Positions 43,701 through 52,122 of a stretch of 64,000 nt of DNA are shown here, piece by piece. The notes under the pieces were generated by a model. That model was not told the origin of the DNA, did not search any database, and worked only from the letters and a program-made list of their open reading frames with translations. The stretch's first letter is position 1; each line of letters opens with the position of its first letter. This DNA is from Candidatus Methanomethylophilaceae archaeon. GTDB lineage: Archaea > Thermoplasmatota > Thermoplasmata > Methanomassiliicoccales > Methanomethylophilaceae. Location: contig JAZODL010000199.1 of NCBI GenBank assembly GCA_045596945.1, positions 1,143 to 65,142 of the forward strand. The letters run 5' to 3'. The translations under genes were made by a program, and so were the position numbers.

Positions 43701-44083
43701 ACCTTGGTGTCGTAGTCGCTCTGGGCGACCTTCTTGGTGATGGCAGTCGCCAGCTCCGCATCCTTGGTGTCGAGGGCGGATTTGATGGTCGCAACATGCG
43801 TGCTCACGGCCCCTCCGGACACGGGGCTGGTGCTCCCCGCATTCACGGAGCTGTCGATGACCAGGTTCCCACTGTACTCGGTCCATGTGGATCCGTTGGA
43901 CACGTAGAACCTGCCCTTGGTGTATTCGCCGGTGGTAGTTCCCGCATAGAGCACGACGCAACCGTTGTTGACCGCGTTCGCGACAGGCAGGGAGCTGAAA
44001 GTACCCAGGAGGTTCCCCTGGGCGGAGGAGTGGATCCTTCCTCCCACGGAGATGCTGGCGTAGTGTGTGTAATCATCTGCCAT
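40751..44083 (-). CDS. tail fibre/receptor-binding protein; shufflon expression locus and DGR target (C-type-lectin/FGE-like C-terminus)
   Basis: VDSALS.TS.NPVQNK fibre repeats, coiled coil, VYSAIN site at 42617-42634, IHDIWGNIYQF...VGSRL; likely start MADDYTH. Confidence 0.85.
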   Translation of the reverse strand: MADDYTHYASISVGGRIHSSAQGNLLGTFSSLPVANAVNNGCVVLYAGTTTGEYTKGRFYVSNGSTWTEYSGNLVIDSSVNAGSTSPVSGGAVSTHVATIKSALDTKDAELATAITKKVAQSDYDTKVGELDSADAALQNRATSLEGRATTLEGEMDTVQADISDLVEGVAAAATKGELSNEVAALNTTIGNAQASLQNQINALRQFNIEIADALPTTGVANTLYLVPAGNTADSDIKAEYLWINNAWEKIGTTAVSITVDSALSTTSVNPVQNKVVKAAIDGLENGKVDRDGDKVLSDNNYTDAEKSKLTGIAAGAQTNVIETIKRNGSALTVDGSKAVDITVPTKVSELSNDSSYVTTTGLADELTKYQPTGDYATGTELDTLQGVVNGKQATITGAATSITGNNLTASRALVSDGNGKVAVSGVTSAELGYVSGVTSSIQSQLNGKQPTGDYALRSEVPAAVTVDSALSSTSTNPVQNKAVYSAINTINQSLSTLEGKVENLEGEVSTAKSYLTINVTSATGNITGRVITATPAEGSADTTATIGSGGSVTMTLNATSQYTVGCDVPEGYYAVESQTITTAAAGLVTNITFTLVRKPVVNVVVTDASNSGYQSGRTIAVTGAESASLTSDSSGGTSHVFSTTGSVTFTMTNVPTGGSCNPQTLIIANDQEYTVTMAITFGYGFAAVDIAISTSDCEDRCTYPATITVNGASVANSCSGYTPASGASTFSMGSWSERSHKILEGIKPVVKNGSSWTDLDTDAGTWGPVSSNADMFTEFPFQWLSITNDGSKIRIIFSDKDEQPDSTFQCYAHAKGCDSYSNDQIESAMSSVNRSTIMASNDNSYFANSFHIGCFQASGSTSGIYSKVSSSALVSTAYNQYFVAANARGTDYDCMSFQQWTYLQALFVLLYRSTNTQVAHSYGYADEDGTSLGNGGLSTTAYGMAGSKSSARNAFFWIHDIWGNIYQFIGGAWNRAGSSSKLYYWLPRQANSRAFDNSSWNSTSNYAKQASLGTDTGLTGSNSGGYIKTVSGTNKGGFCSTSQSGGSATTYFADYGSVGYYSSVAYFPRVGGIYDDAGNAGLFCCSVLYTSTNSSSYVGSRLSYRGGRA
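40770..40925 (-). repeat. DGR variable repeat (VR)
   Basis: Aligns ungapped to TR 40438-40593. Confidence 0.92.
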
Positions 44084-44103
44084 AGGATGGGCATCGTCAG
44101 CAC

Positions 44104-44116
44104 GCAATATAAACCG
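44104..44116 (-). promoter_or_regulatory. TATA-like box of the fibre gene, inside an invertible segment
   Basis: Minus strand CGGTTTATATTGC about 25 bp upstream of the ATG at 44083. Confidence 0.45.
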
Positions 44117-44139
44117 TTCCCTGGAGCCCTCGGCCTGCG

Positions 44140-45252
44140 TTTAGTGCGATTAACAGCAAGCAGGACACCCTCCCCGCGACCGGGTCCTCCACGGTACCCG
44201 TCTACGTGTCCGCAACGGGCACCGTCACCGCATGCTCCCTCGGAGCGGCCGCGACCAAGGGCGTATCGACATCCGTCACCTCCGGCGACGCGAACCTCGT
44301 CACAGGAGACGCTGTGTATAAGGCAATTAACACATTGGATGCATCTGTAGATGGACAGGATTTCACAATCACTTTAAATGGTAAATCAACTACTGTGACA
44401 CTCCCTCGAAAGACAGGTACCGCACTCAGAGTCGTATTGACCACTGATGGAGATGCGAGTGCTATCAGTGGAGTGTTGGTTACAGTATCTAATTCATCAT
44501 ACTCGTACACAGGAACTTCAGATTCCTCGGGAGTAGCGGTTGTACAGGTGGAACAACCTGGAACATATACTGTATCTGCTACGGCCCCCAGATATTATAC
44601 TGCAACATCACCCAGTGTAGATCTTACCTCGGAATCCTCGATTGCCCTCAGTGTAAATACATACAGTTTGACTTGTAGATGGAAATCGGGAGGATTATCC
44701 ACTTCAACTAAGACGATTGTGGAAGACGGTAGTCCATCATCATCTAGGTTCTACGTAAACACAGATACTTATGATGATTATGGAACAACAGTAACTACAG
44801 ATGGTGTGCCTATATACAAAATCAAGGCGTATGGTAATAATTCATATTCTACATACGGTAATTCAGAAGTTCCCAGTTATTCGTATCTTCACAGGATCTC
44901 ATCTTGGAATAGCACGAATGTGCTTACGGACTTACAATATTGGAAATTCACATCCACTTTTTCAGGAAGATGCAGATTTCAAGTAGATATTGAATATTGG
45001 AATTATGGTGAGGGGTCTTCATACGGAGGCATATACAGGAATAGTTCATTTACCATTACATTCGATGCAAATATTACAAAAAATTCAGATTCTTATGGAA
45101 TGGCTCTAACAGATATAGAGATTGTATCTATTCCTTCTACTGTATCTTTTTATTCAGATTCTCACCGTACCGATTATTTCTCATATGATATCGGTGAGAT
45201 CCGCTGTACTGCGATTTCTATCGACTATGATACATTACCAGATCCAAGTTAA
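44140..45252 (+). CDS. silent cassette S2 (site AGTGCG) containing an internal second-tier site (AAGGCA)
   Basis: TTTAGTGCGATTAAC 44140-44154 (FSAIN), open frame through GTGTATAAGGCAATTAAC 44314-44331 (VYKAIN); becomes AT-rich right after the second site. Confidence 0.75.
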   Translation, partial: FSAINSKQDTLPATGSSTVPVYVSATGTVTACSLGAAATKGVSTSVTSGDANLVTGDAVYKAINTLDASVDGQDFTITLNGKSTTVTLPRKTGTALRVVLTTDGDASAISGVLVTVSNSSYSYTGTSDSSGVAVVQVEQPGTYTVSATAPRYYTATSPSVDLTSESSIALSVNTYSLTCRWKSGGLSTSTKTIVEDGSPSSSRFYVNTDTYDDYGTTVTTDGVPIYKIKAYGNNSYSTYGNSEVPSYSYLHRISSWNSTNVLTDLQYWKFTSTFSGRCRFQVDIEYWNYGEGSSYGGIYRNSSFTITFDANITKNSDSYGMALTDIEIVSIPSTVSFYSDSHRTDYFSYDIGEIRCTAISIDYDTLPDPS

Positions 45253-45260
45253 ACAGTTTA

Positions 45261-45278
45261 AGGGCCCATATGGGCCCT
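45261..45278. repeat. 18-bp palindrome after cassette S2
   Basis: AGGGCCCATATGGGCCCT. Confidence 0.85.
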
Positions 45279-45518
45279 AATTTAATCATATGGAAATTGA
45301 CGCAGTTCCAGTATAGTCACTTGCATCACTTGATCCGTAATAATCCCAAACATTGCCTTAAACAGGGCCGTATCCATCTCCGTTCAGACCACATGTGCAA
45401 CACCTTTAAAAAATCAAAGATCCATTTTATCCGGAAGGTGATCGAAACGTTGAATACAACGCTGAATCTGATGCACAGGGTGTCGACCGAAGCCGTGGGA
45501 ATAGACTGATGAGGGGAT

Positions 45519-45668
45519 ATGTACGACATATTCGTAGACACAGTGCTCATCGTAGCCATTTTCGCGATGAACGTCATCATGTACGAGGGGCTGCGTCCCA
45601 AGGGGGGTACACCCGTACACATGGTGATGTCCCGAGTGCCTGGGGGTGCATCCCCGTTCCGGGGCTGA
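45519..45668 (+). CDS. possible small membrane peptide (49 aa)
   Basis: GAGGGG upstream; MYDIFVDTVLIVAIFAMNVIMY hydrophobic stretch. Confidence 0.3.
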   Translation: MYDIFVDTVLIVAIFAMNVIMYEGLRPKGGTPVHMVMSRVPGGASPFRG

Positions 45669-45743
45669 GTGCGACACATCTTTAAAGTCCACAGGAGATG
45701 TTATGCCGTGTTCCGGGGGAACCCGGGGCAGGAGAGAGAAAGT

Positions 45744-47177
45744 ATGACCGATACGCTGGAGTTCATATCCAACATAGACCTGAAAGGCAACGAGCTCAAG
45801 AACGTTGTCATCGACCCCATGGAGTCCGCGCCCACCGATGGCGGTTCGCCCGGACAGATCAAGTACCACAGCGGAACCCTGTATGTCGCAGGTGCCGATG
45901 GAACCTACATCGCACTCGGAAAGGCCACATCCGCAGAGTCGGTTGCAACCAGGGTCGATGCACTCGAGGAATGGCAGACAGAGGCGAGGACCTCCATTGC
46001 CAACAACGCTTCCGCCGCTTCCACCAACGCGGCCAACATCACCACCCTTGCAGGGAGGGTTGACACCGTCGAGAGCGACATCGACACCCTCGAGGGCAAG
46101 GTCTCCACACTCGAGACTGACAACACCCAGAACAAGACCGACATCGCAGCCCTGAAGACCGCAGTCGGATCCACCGGAGAGAGCGGAGATTCCCTTCTGA
46201 CCCGTGTTACCACATTGGAGACCACCATCGCCACCAAACAGGACAAGGCAGATGCGTTCACCGATGATGAGGCAACCACTCTCGAGACCAGACTGACCGG
46301 ACTCATCGACGCGAAAGCGGATGGAGACTATGCATACTCCAAGGGTGAGACTGACACCAAGCTTGCGCTCTACAGGACCGTCGCAGACTCCTACACCAAG
46401 GCCGAAGTCGACTCCGCCATCAACAACGCATCCTCCAAGGTCTACAGGTACAAGGGATCCCTTGCAAACCTCGCAGCGATTCAGGCTGTTCAGAGCCCCG
46501 TCATAGGAGATGTCTACAATGCAGAGGATACCGGCAAGAACTATGCATGGGATGGAACCGCATGGGATGACCTCGGTGGATCCATCGACCTCAGCAGCTA
46601 TGCAACCACCTCCTATGTCGATGGAAAAGTCACCGATCTGACCGGACTCATCAACGGAAAGGTCGCCCAGGATGCATACAACACCAAGATTTCAACAATC
46701 GAGGGAAGGATTGGTGCCAACGAGTCCGCCATCACCACTCTCCAGGGAGATGTCGAGGACAGGGTCCTCCAGTCCGACTATGACACCAAGATGACCCAGC
46801 TGGACTCCGCCATCGCAGGCAAGGCCGCAAAGGTCACCCAGGCCGGTGGAACCTACACCAAGGTCACTGTCAACACCGAGGGTGTCGTCACCTCCGGATC
46901 CACTCTCGAGGCGACGGACATCCCCGCTCTTACTGCGGACAAGATCACCAACTTCGCGGCAACCGTCAAGGCGACCAGGTTCTGCCAGTCATACTCTTCT
47001 GTCGGAACCTCTCAGACCGTTGCACACGGACTCAATGTCATGTACCCTCAGGTCTCCGTGTACAACACGACCAACAACAACGTCATCTACGCGACCATCC
47101 GCTATGTCGATGAGAACTCTATCGTAGTCAGTGGAAACGTCGACCTCGGTGCCATCACCGTCGTCGTCTCCCCCTGA
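45744..47177 (+). CDS. coiled-coil tail fibre protein
   Basis: FISNIDLKGNELKNVVI N-terminus, heptad repeats, YRYKGS...WDDLGGSIDLSSY, YTKVTVNTEG. Confidence 0.75.
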   Translation: MTDTLEFISNIDLKGNELKNVVIDPMESAPTDGGSPGQIKYHSGTLYVAGADGTYIALGKATSAESVATRVDALEEWQTEARTSIANNASAASTNAANITTLAGRVDTVESDIDTLEGKVSTLETDNTQNKTDIAALKTAVGSTGESGDSLLTRVTTLETTIATKQDKADAFTDDEATTLETRLTGLIDAKADGDYAYSKGETDTKLALYRTVADSYTKAEVDSAINNASSKVYRYKGSLANLAAIQAVQSPVIGDVYNAEDTGKNYAWDGTAWDDLGGSIDLSSYATTSYVDGKVTDLTGLINGKVAQDAYNTKISTIEGRIGANESAITTLQGDVEDRVLQSDYDTKMTQLDSAIAGKAAKVTQAGGTYTKVTVNTEGVVTSGSTLEATDIPALTADKITNFAATVKATRFCQSYSSVGTSQTVAHGLNVMYPQVSVYNTTNNNVIYATIRYVDENSIVVSGNVDLGAITVVVSP

Positions 47178-47328
47178 TGACCAGAAGGGGCTCCGGCCCC
47201 TTCAAACCCCTTCACTCTCTGAGAAGTCGATTTATACCGGGATGCAGATGGCATAATGCGCCCCGTGCAGGTCATCCATTGTGAAAAGGTAAGGTGTTTG
47301 GGAAGGGGTTTTTCCACGCATCTCCGAT

Positions 47329-47553
47329 TCAGAGCCCGAACGTCTCCGCCACCTTCTGCTTGGACGGCCTCCCACGGGGATTCTTCCCGTAGACATAGGG
47401 GTTCAGTCTGTACGCGCACTTGCGGATGTGCTTGCGCGAGTACTCGTCGGTCGATGCGCTCATGTCCTTGTTGCAGAAAGGACACCTGAGCACGTTGGGC
47501 AGGACCTCGCGGTTCCCTCCCGGTATGCACTTCCATTCATGCATACCATTCAT
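47329..47553 (-). CDS. small zinc-finger/AT-hook protein
   Basis: CPFC...HIRKC and PRGRP. Confidence 0.5.
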   Translation of the reverse strand: MNGMHEWKCIPGGNREVLPNVLRCPFCNKDMSASTDEYSRKHIRKCAYRLNPYVYGKNPRGRPSKQKVAETFGL

Positions 47554-47838
47554 ATCGCATGACCTCCTTATCAACATTGTCGTGTGGAACGCCTTTCCAC
47601 TGGACATTTGTACAGCATGGACGTACATTTCTAGACATATGTACAGGGGGGCCGGGGAAGATTGATATACTTGGAAGAATATATACGTTCGTTCCGACTG
47701 TTCTAGCGTGTCGGAGCTCCTGTGCGGTTCCTTCGGACCGGGACACGGGGCGGTTCTGTCATCACCGTCCCGTGTCTTAAAAATCAGGCAGTAGGTTTAT
47801 AACACCACGGCACGATTGGTCTGCCGAGGGAAATTATC

Positions 47839-49140
47839 ATGAAATTCTCTATGTCGAACAAATCTATGCTGGCGGCAGCCATCATGCTCGTCGCTGCATT
47901 CGCGGGGATCACCGTCTTCGACGGTGAGGACGTGGATGCGGCGAACGCGGCCGTCTCCCTTGACGGGGAGTTCGACCTCGCGGGCGTGAAATGGACCAAC
48001 GCCGGCCTCGGCAACAACCTCTCGATTGCCGACGGTAAAATCACCGGAACCGTCGCGAAGGCGGACGCCTCGAAGATCCAGGCCCTCTGGGGAACGGGCG
48101 CAACCGAGAAACATGTCGTCATCCTGACCTTCACCATCCAGCCTGGACAGTACCTCGTCTGGGAGGCATCCGACAACTCCGGCGTCAAGACGGCCAAAGC
48201 AGAGTCCGATGGTAAAATCGTCATGGGACTCCGTCTCGCAGAGAGCACTAAGGACTTCGTCTACGCGGTCAGCTCTGTGAACGTCGCCGACAAGGCGGTC
48301 TATGACGCACTCATCAAGGAGAAGGTCGAGTTCGATGTCGAGCTCCTCGGAGACGCTGTCAACATCTACTACACTGTCGGAGACCTCACCTACATCCAGC
48401 GCTCCATTGCCAAACAGACCTACACCCTCGTCTCCATGGACGACCTCAGGGCCGTCGCACCCGAGGGATACGAGTTCGCAGGCTGGGCATGGACCAACAA
48501 CGTCCTTGACGCAGGCGCCATCCTCACCCTCGCAGAGGGCGAGGAGGACGGATACTATACGTTCACCGCCACTTTCAGGGAGATTCCCGTCCAGGAGGTC
48601 TTCAAAGTCGAGTTCGTCGTCGACGGCATCGTCGTCCAGACCTGCCAGTCCGACAACGTCGTCGTTCCTGCGGATCCCTCTAAGATCGGGTTCAAGTTCA
48701 CCGCATGGACTGTCGAGGGAGTCATGGCAAACCCCGCCAACTACGCATACACCGAGGATGTCAAATTCACCGCCGCGTTCGAGGCATACACCTACAGGGT
48801 TACCTTCGTCGCAGGCGGGGATGTCGTGGGCACTCCCCAGACCGTTAAGCACGGCGACCTCATCCTCGCACCCGCACTCCCCTCGGGATACGAGTCCTGG
48901 AACTTCGACTTCGCCAAGGCCATCACCGAGGACACCGTCATCGTCGCAGTCGAGGCCCCCGAGCCCGAGCCCACCGGCGCAGACGACCCCAAGACCCTCA
49001 TGGTCTACATCATCGTGGTCATCGTGATCGCCCTGCTCGTCGCCTGTGTTATCTACCTCATCAGAGAGGGCAAGATCGTCGTCGGACTCGGAAAGAAGAA
49101 GGAGATCGAGGCGCCCGCAAAGGAGGAGCCCAAACAGTGA
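47839..49140 (+). CDS. secreted, membrane-anchored surface protein with InlB-B-like repeats
   Basis: Signal peptide ending DVDAA, PEGYEFAGW / DPSKIGFKFTAW repeats, C-terminal transmembrane helix. Confidence 0.75.
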   Translation: MKFSMSNKSMLAAAIMLVAAFAGITVFDGEDVDAANAAVSLDGEFDLAGVKWTNAGLGNNLSIADGKITGTVAKADASKIQALWGTGATEKHVVILTFTIQPGQYLVWEASDNSGVKTAKAESDGKIVMGLRLAESTKDFVYAVSSVNVADKAVYDALIKEKVEFDVELLGDAVNIYYTVGDLTYIQRSIAKQTYTLVSMDDLRAVAPEGYEFAGWAWTNNVLDAGAILTLAEGEEDGYYTFTATFREIPVQEVFKVEFVVDGIVVQTCQSDNVVVPADPSKIGFKFTAWTVEGVMANPANYAYTEDVKFTAAFEAYTYRVTFVAGGDVVGTPQTVKHGDLILAPALPSGYESWNFDFAKAITEDTVIVAVEAPEPEPTGADDPKTLMVYIIVVIVIALLVACVIYLIREGKIVVGLGKKKEIEAPAKEEPKQ

Positions 49141-49242
49141 ATACTGATGGCGGTGGGCTGGTTCCTCTTCTCCCCCACATCGTGGGAGTTGAGACTGACG
49201 TACATCGCCATCTACCTCACACTGATATGGAATGTGATACCT

Positions 49243-49650
49243 ATGTCTGAAGATATGCTCCTGTACACGCCCTGGGAGGTCGTCCCCATGATCTTCCTCA
49301 TCTCCCTGGTGGTCTCCGCGCTCTTCGTGTTCAAGCACGGACTCATCGAGTTCAACTGCACTAACAAAGAGCAGCTCCGCAACGGACTCATCAGCGAGAA
49401 GCTGAAGTACGCATGGTCCTACCTCGCAGGTAACATCGCGACGATTGTCATCGCGGTCATCGGAAGCGTCCTCATCCCCGGTCTCGTCTACGACGCGGTC
49501 GGGTTCGAGTTCGCAGAGTCCGGTGCGATCCTCATCGCACTCGCGTTCTCCGCACTCATGGGGATCTCCGGTATCAAGCACATCAACGATTTCGTCGACC
49601 TCTTCAAGGACATCGGAAAGATCGACACACTCCTTCAGAAGAAGGAGTGA
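49243..49650 (+). CDS. small multi-pass membrane protein (holin-like)
   Basis: Three hydrophobic segments and a charged C-terminus. Confidence 0.5.
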   Translation: MSEDMLLYTPWEVVPMIFLISLVVSALFVFKHGLIEFNCTNKEQLRNGLISEKLKYAWSYLAGNIATIVIAVIGSVLIPGLVYDAVGFEFAESGAILIALAFSALMGISGIKHINDFVDLFKDIGKIDTLLQKKE

Positions 49651-49801
49651 GACCAACAACCACAAGGGGCTTCGGCCCCATCCCACCGTTTTTATACCTC
49701 ATCCCCCATCCATCGGATGGGGGTCACCTGTCTCCGGTCTTCTTGCACGGTGACCCCATACTAATATACCCTCGTGTCGATTACGTGCCAGAGGTATTGA
49801 C

Positions 49802-50275
49802 ATGGTTTCCAGGAACAGGAGACAGGAGGAGTTCCGTGAACAGCTCCGCAGGAGCATCACCCCCGACGACATGCGCCTCATGTCCGAGGATTCGCTCGCC
49901 AGGGTCGCGGACCCAGAGGCCGTGAACAGGTTCAGGGAGAGCATCTACCGTCAGCAGTCCCGCGGAGTGGCCAGGATGGTCCGTTCCACGGGGGAGGAGG
50001 CCGACATGGAGAAGCTCAGGGCCAGGAGGGGCACGTACCATGCCGACGTGGTCGACATGGCACTGGAGGACAACGTCTGTCTGATATACTTCAACACCTA
50101 CGGCGAGAACTTCGAGGGTGGATCTGTCATGGACGACCCTGAGAAGGGTTGGACATGCCCGGGGTGCAAGATAAAGTACAGGACCTCCCTCAAATCCCTG
50201 CCGGACAGGTGCATGAGATGCGGCTGGCAGAGTCCGATGGGGAGGTTGAGGAAGGATGGCTTCCTCAGACGCTGA
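49802..50275 (+). CDS. zinc-ribbon protein
   Basis: WTCPGC...CMRCGW. Confidence 0.55.
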   Translation: MVSRNRRQEEFREQLRRSITPDDMRLMSEDSLARVADPEAVNRFRESIYRQQSRGVARMVRSTGEEADMEKLRARRGTYHADVVDMALEDNVCLIYFNTYGENFEGGSVMDDPEKGWTCPGCKIKYRTSLKSLPDRCMRCGWQSPMGRLRKDGFLRR

Positions 50276-50303
50276 TTATATACCCATAGGGGGATTACAT
50301 GAT

Positions 50304-50684
50304 ATGACATCCAAAAGGGAGCATATGAGACTCAAATCGCAGGAGGACCTCCAGAGGCTTATCAGGGCGGTTCTGGACACCCCTGCCGGCGAGGGGGAGA
50401 TGTACTACATAGATGCCGAACATCCCATCTCGTACTTCAAGGACAAGAACACGGATATGAAGACCCGTATCGTGGTCAACCAGGCCATCCTGGCATCCAA
50501 CGGCAGCGACAAGGCCGCGAAGTTCCTGTTCGACTACGGCGGATTGACACCTCCGAAGGAGCAGCACGTCACCGTGGAGCCCCACACCTTCGTGGACGAC
50601 ATCTCCTGCACGATGGTGGAGGAGGACGGGGAGTCCGACTACGGGGACGACACGGAAGACGGCTCAGAGCCCGAAGAGGATTGA
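50304..50684 (+). CDS. putative terminase small subunit
   Basis: Directly upstream of TerL; KAAKFLFDYGG, FVDDI tail. Confidence 0.45.
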   Translation: MTSKREHMRLKSQEDLQRLIRAVLDTPAGEGEMYYIDAEHPISYFKDKNTDMKTRIVVNQAILASNGSDKAAKFLFDYGGLTPPKEQHVTVEPHTFVDDISCTMVEEDGESDYGDDTEDGSEPEED

Positions 50685-50685
50685 G

Positions 50686-52092
50686 ATGGCCGTCTTCAAA
50701 CTGTCCGAAGTCATCGGACAAGGGTACAACGAGTGGTGGACCACCAGGAAGTTCTACCGCATATGCAAGGGGTCCAAGGGGTCGAAGAAGACCCGTACCA
50801 CGGCCCTCTGGTTCATATGGCACATGATGAGGTACCCCGAGGCCAACACCCTGATAATCAGGAGGTTCAAGAACACCCTCGAGGGCACCGTCTACAACGA
50901 CATGCTGTGGGCCATAGACAGGTTGGAGGTGGCAGATGAGTGGAAGGCGTACAAATCCCCCCTCAGGTTGGTCCACTTCAACGAAGACCCCGTGACTCAC
51001 AGGAGGACCCAGAACGTCATCCTGTTCGCGGGCATGGACGACCCCTTGAAACTGGCCGGTTCGTCGGTCAGGTACGGGTACCTGTGCTGGGTGTGGTTCG
51101 AGGAGATGTACGACATCACCAACGAGAACGAGTTCGAGAAACTCGTCATGTCCATCCGCGGTAAGATTCCTCCCGAGACGGGCCTGTGGAAGCAGATCAC
51201 AGGGACGTTCAACCCGTGGAGCGAGAACACGTGGATCAAGAGGCGCTTCTTCGACGAACCCGCCAAGAACGTGTTCTCCATGACCACCACTTACAAGTGC
51301 AACGAATGGCTCGGAGAGGATGACATCGAGAGGTACGAGCAGATGTACATCCAGAACCCCCGCATGGCACGTATCGTCTGTGACGGGGAATGGGGCATCG
51401 CGGAGGGCCTCGTCTATGAGAACTGGCGCGAGGAGGAGTTCGACCCGTTCGAGGTCCTGGCTGAGAACCCCAACGCGAGGCCCGTGTTCGGACTGGATTT
51501 TGGTTTCGCGATATCGTACAACGCGTTCGTGGCCGCCATCGTGGACCCGAAGGCCAAGAAGGTGTGGATATACGACGAGATGTACGAGCGCGGGATGTCC
51601 AACATGGACATCGCCAAGCGCATCACCGAGATGGGATACGGAAGGGAACGCATCACAGCGGACAGTGCCGAGCCCAAGTCCATCTACGAGCTCCAGGCGG
51701 GCCTCATCGAGGAGACCTTCGACGCGAACGGCAATCCGGTGTACACCCGCTGGATGCTTCCCGGTGTGGAGCCCGCCATGAAGGGCCCTGACTCCGTGAG
51801 GAGCGGGATCAGGAGGCTCCAGTCCTTCGAGCAAATCGTCCATCCCAGGTGCGTCAACTACAAGATGGAGCTCAACAACTACTGCTACGATCAGGACAAG
51901 GACGGCAACTGGCTCGACAAGCCGATCAAGGAGTTCGACCATCTGATGGATGCGATGCGCATGGGTCTCGACCAGGTCTTCGTGCAGGCGAGGGGTCATG
52001 TCGTGGAGGCGGGTTCCGACAGGAACCATCCCACAGGCGTGCACAGCAGACGCGTGGTATCCTCCCACAGACCCCCTCAGTCCAAAACATAA
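50686..52092 (+). CDS. terL: terminase large subunit (PBSX family)
   Basis: KGSKGSKKT, WFEE, TFNPW, GLDFGF, ADSAEPKSI, DHLMDAMR. Confidence 0.92.
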   Translation: MAVFKLSEVIGQGYNEWWTTRKFYRICKGSKGSKKTRTTALWFIWHMMRYPEANTLIIRRFKNTLEGTVYNDMLWAIDRLEVADEWKAYKSPLRLVHFNEDPVTHRRTQNVILFAGMDDPLKLAGSSVRYGYLCWVWFEEMYDITNENEFEKLVMSIRGKIPPETGLWKQITGTFNPWSENTWIKRRFFDEPAKNVFSMTTTYKCNEWLGEDDIERYEQMYIQNPRMARIVCDGEWGIAEGLVYENWREEEFDPFEVLAENPNARPVFGLDFGFAISYNAFVAAIVDPKAKKVWIYDEMYERGMSNMDIAKRITEMGYGRERITADSAEPKSIYELQAGLIEETFDANGNPVYTRWMLPGVEPAMKGPDSVRSGIRRLQSFEQIVHPRCVNYKMELNNYCYDQDKDGNWLDKPIKEFDHLMDAMRMGLDQVFVQARGHVVEAGSDRNHPTGVHSRRVVSSHRPPQSKT

Positions 52093-52122
52093 ATAGATAT
52101 CAGTATATGACCAGGTGATAAA

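Noticed and set aside
32264-44331. Repeated short motifs as a CRISPR array
   Set aside because: Irregular spacing of about 20 bp to several kb, both orientations, in-frame coding; no cas genes.
45348-45364. Minus-strand TTTAAGGCAATGTTT as an AAGGCA-class site
   Set aside because: Right arm is ATGTTT rather than ATTAAY, and the frame ends after about 25 codons.
47797-49686. Long antisense ORF (629 aa) and many similar shadow ORFs
   Set aside because: Mirror frames produced by strong GC3 bias of the real genes on the opposite strand.
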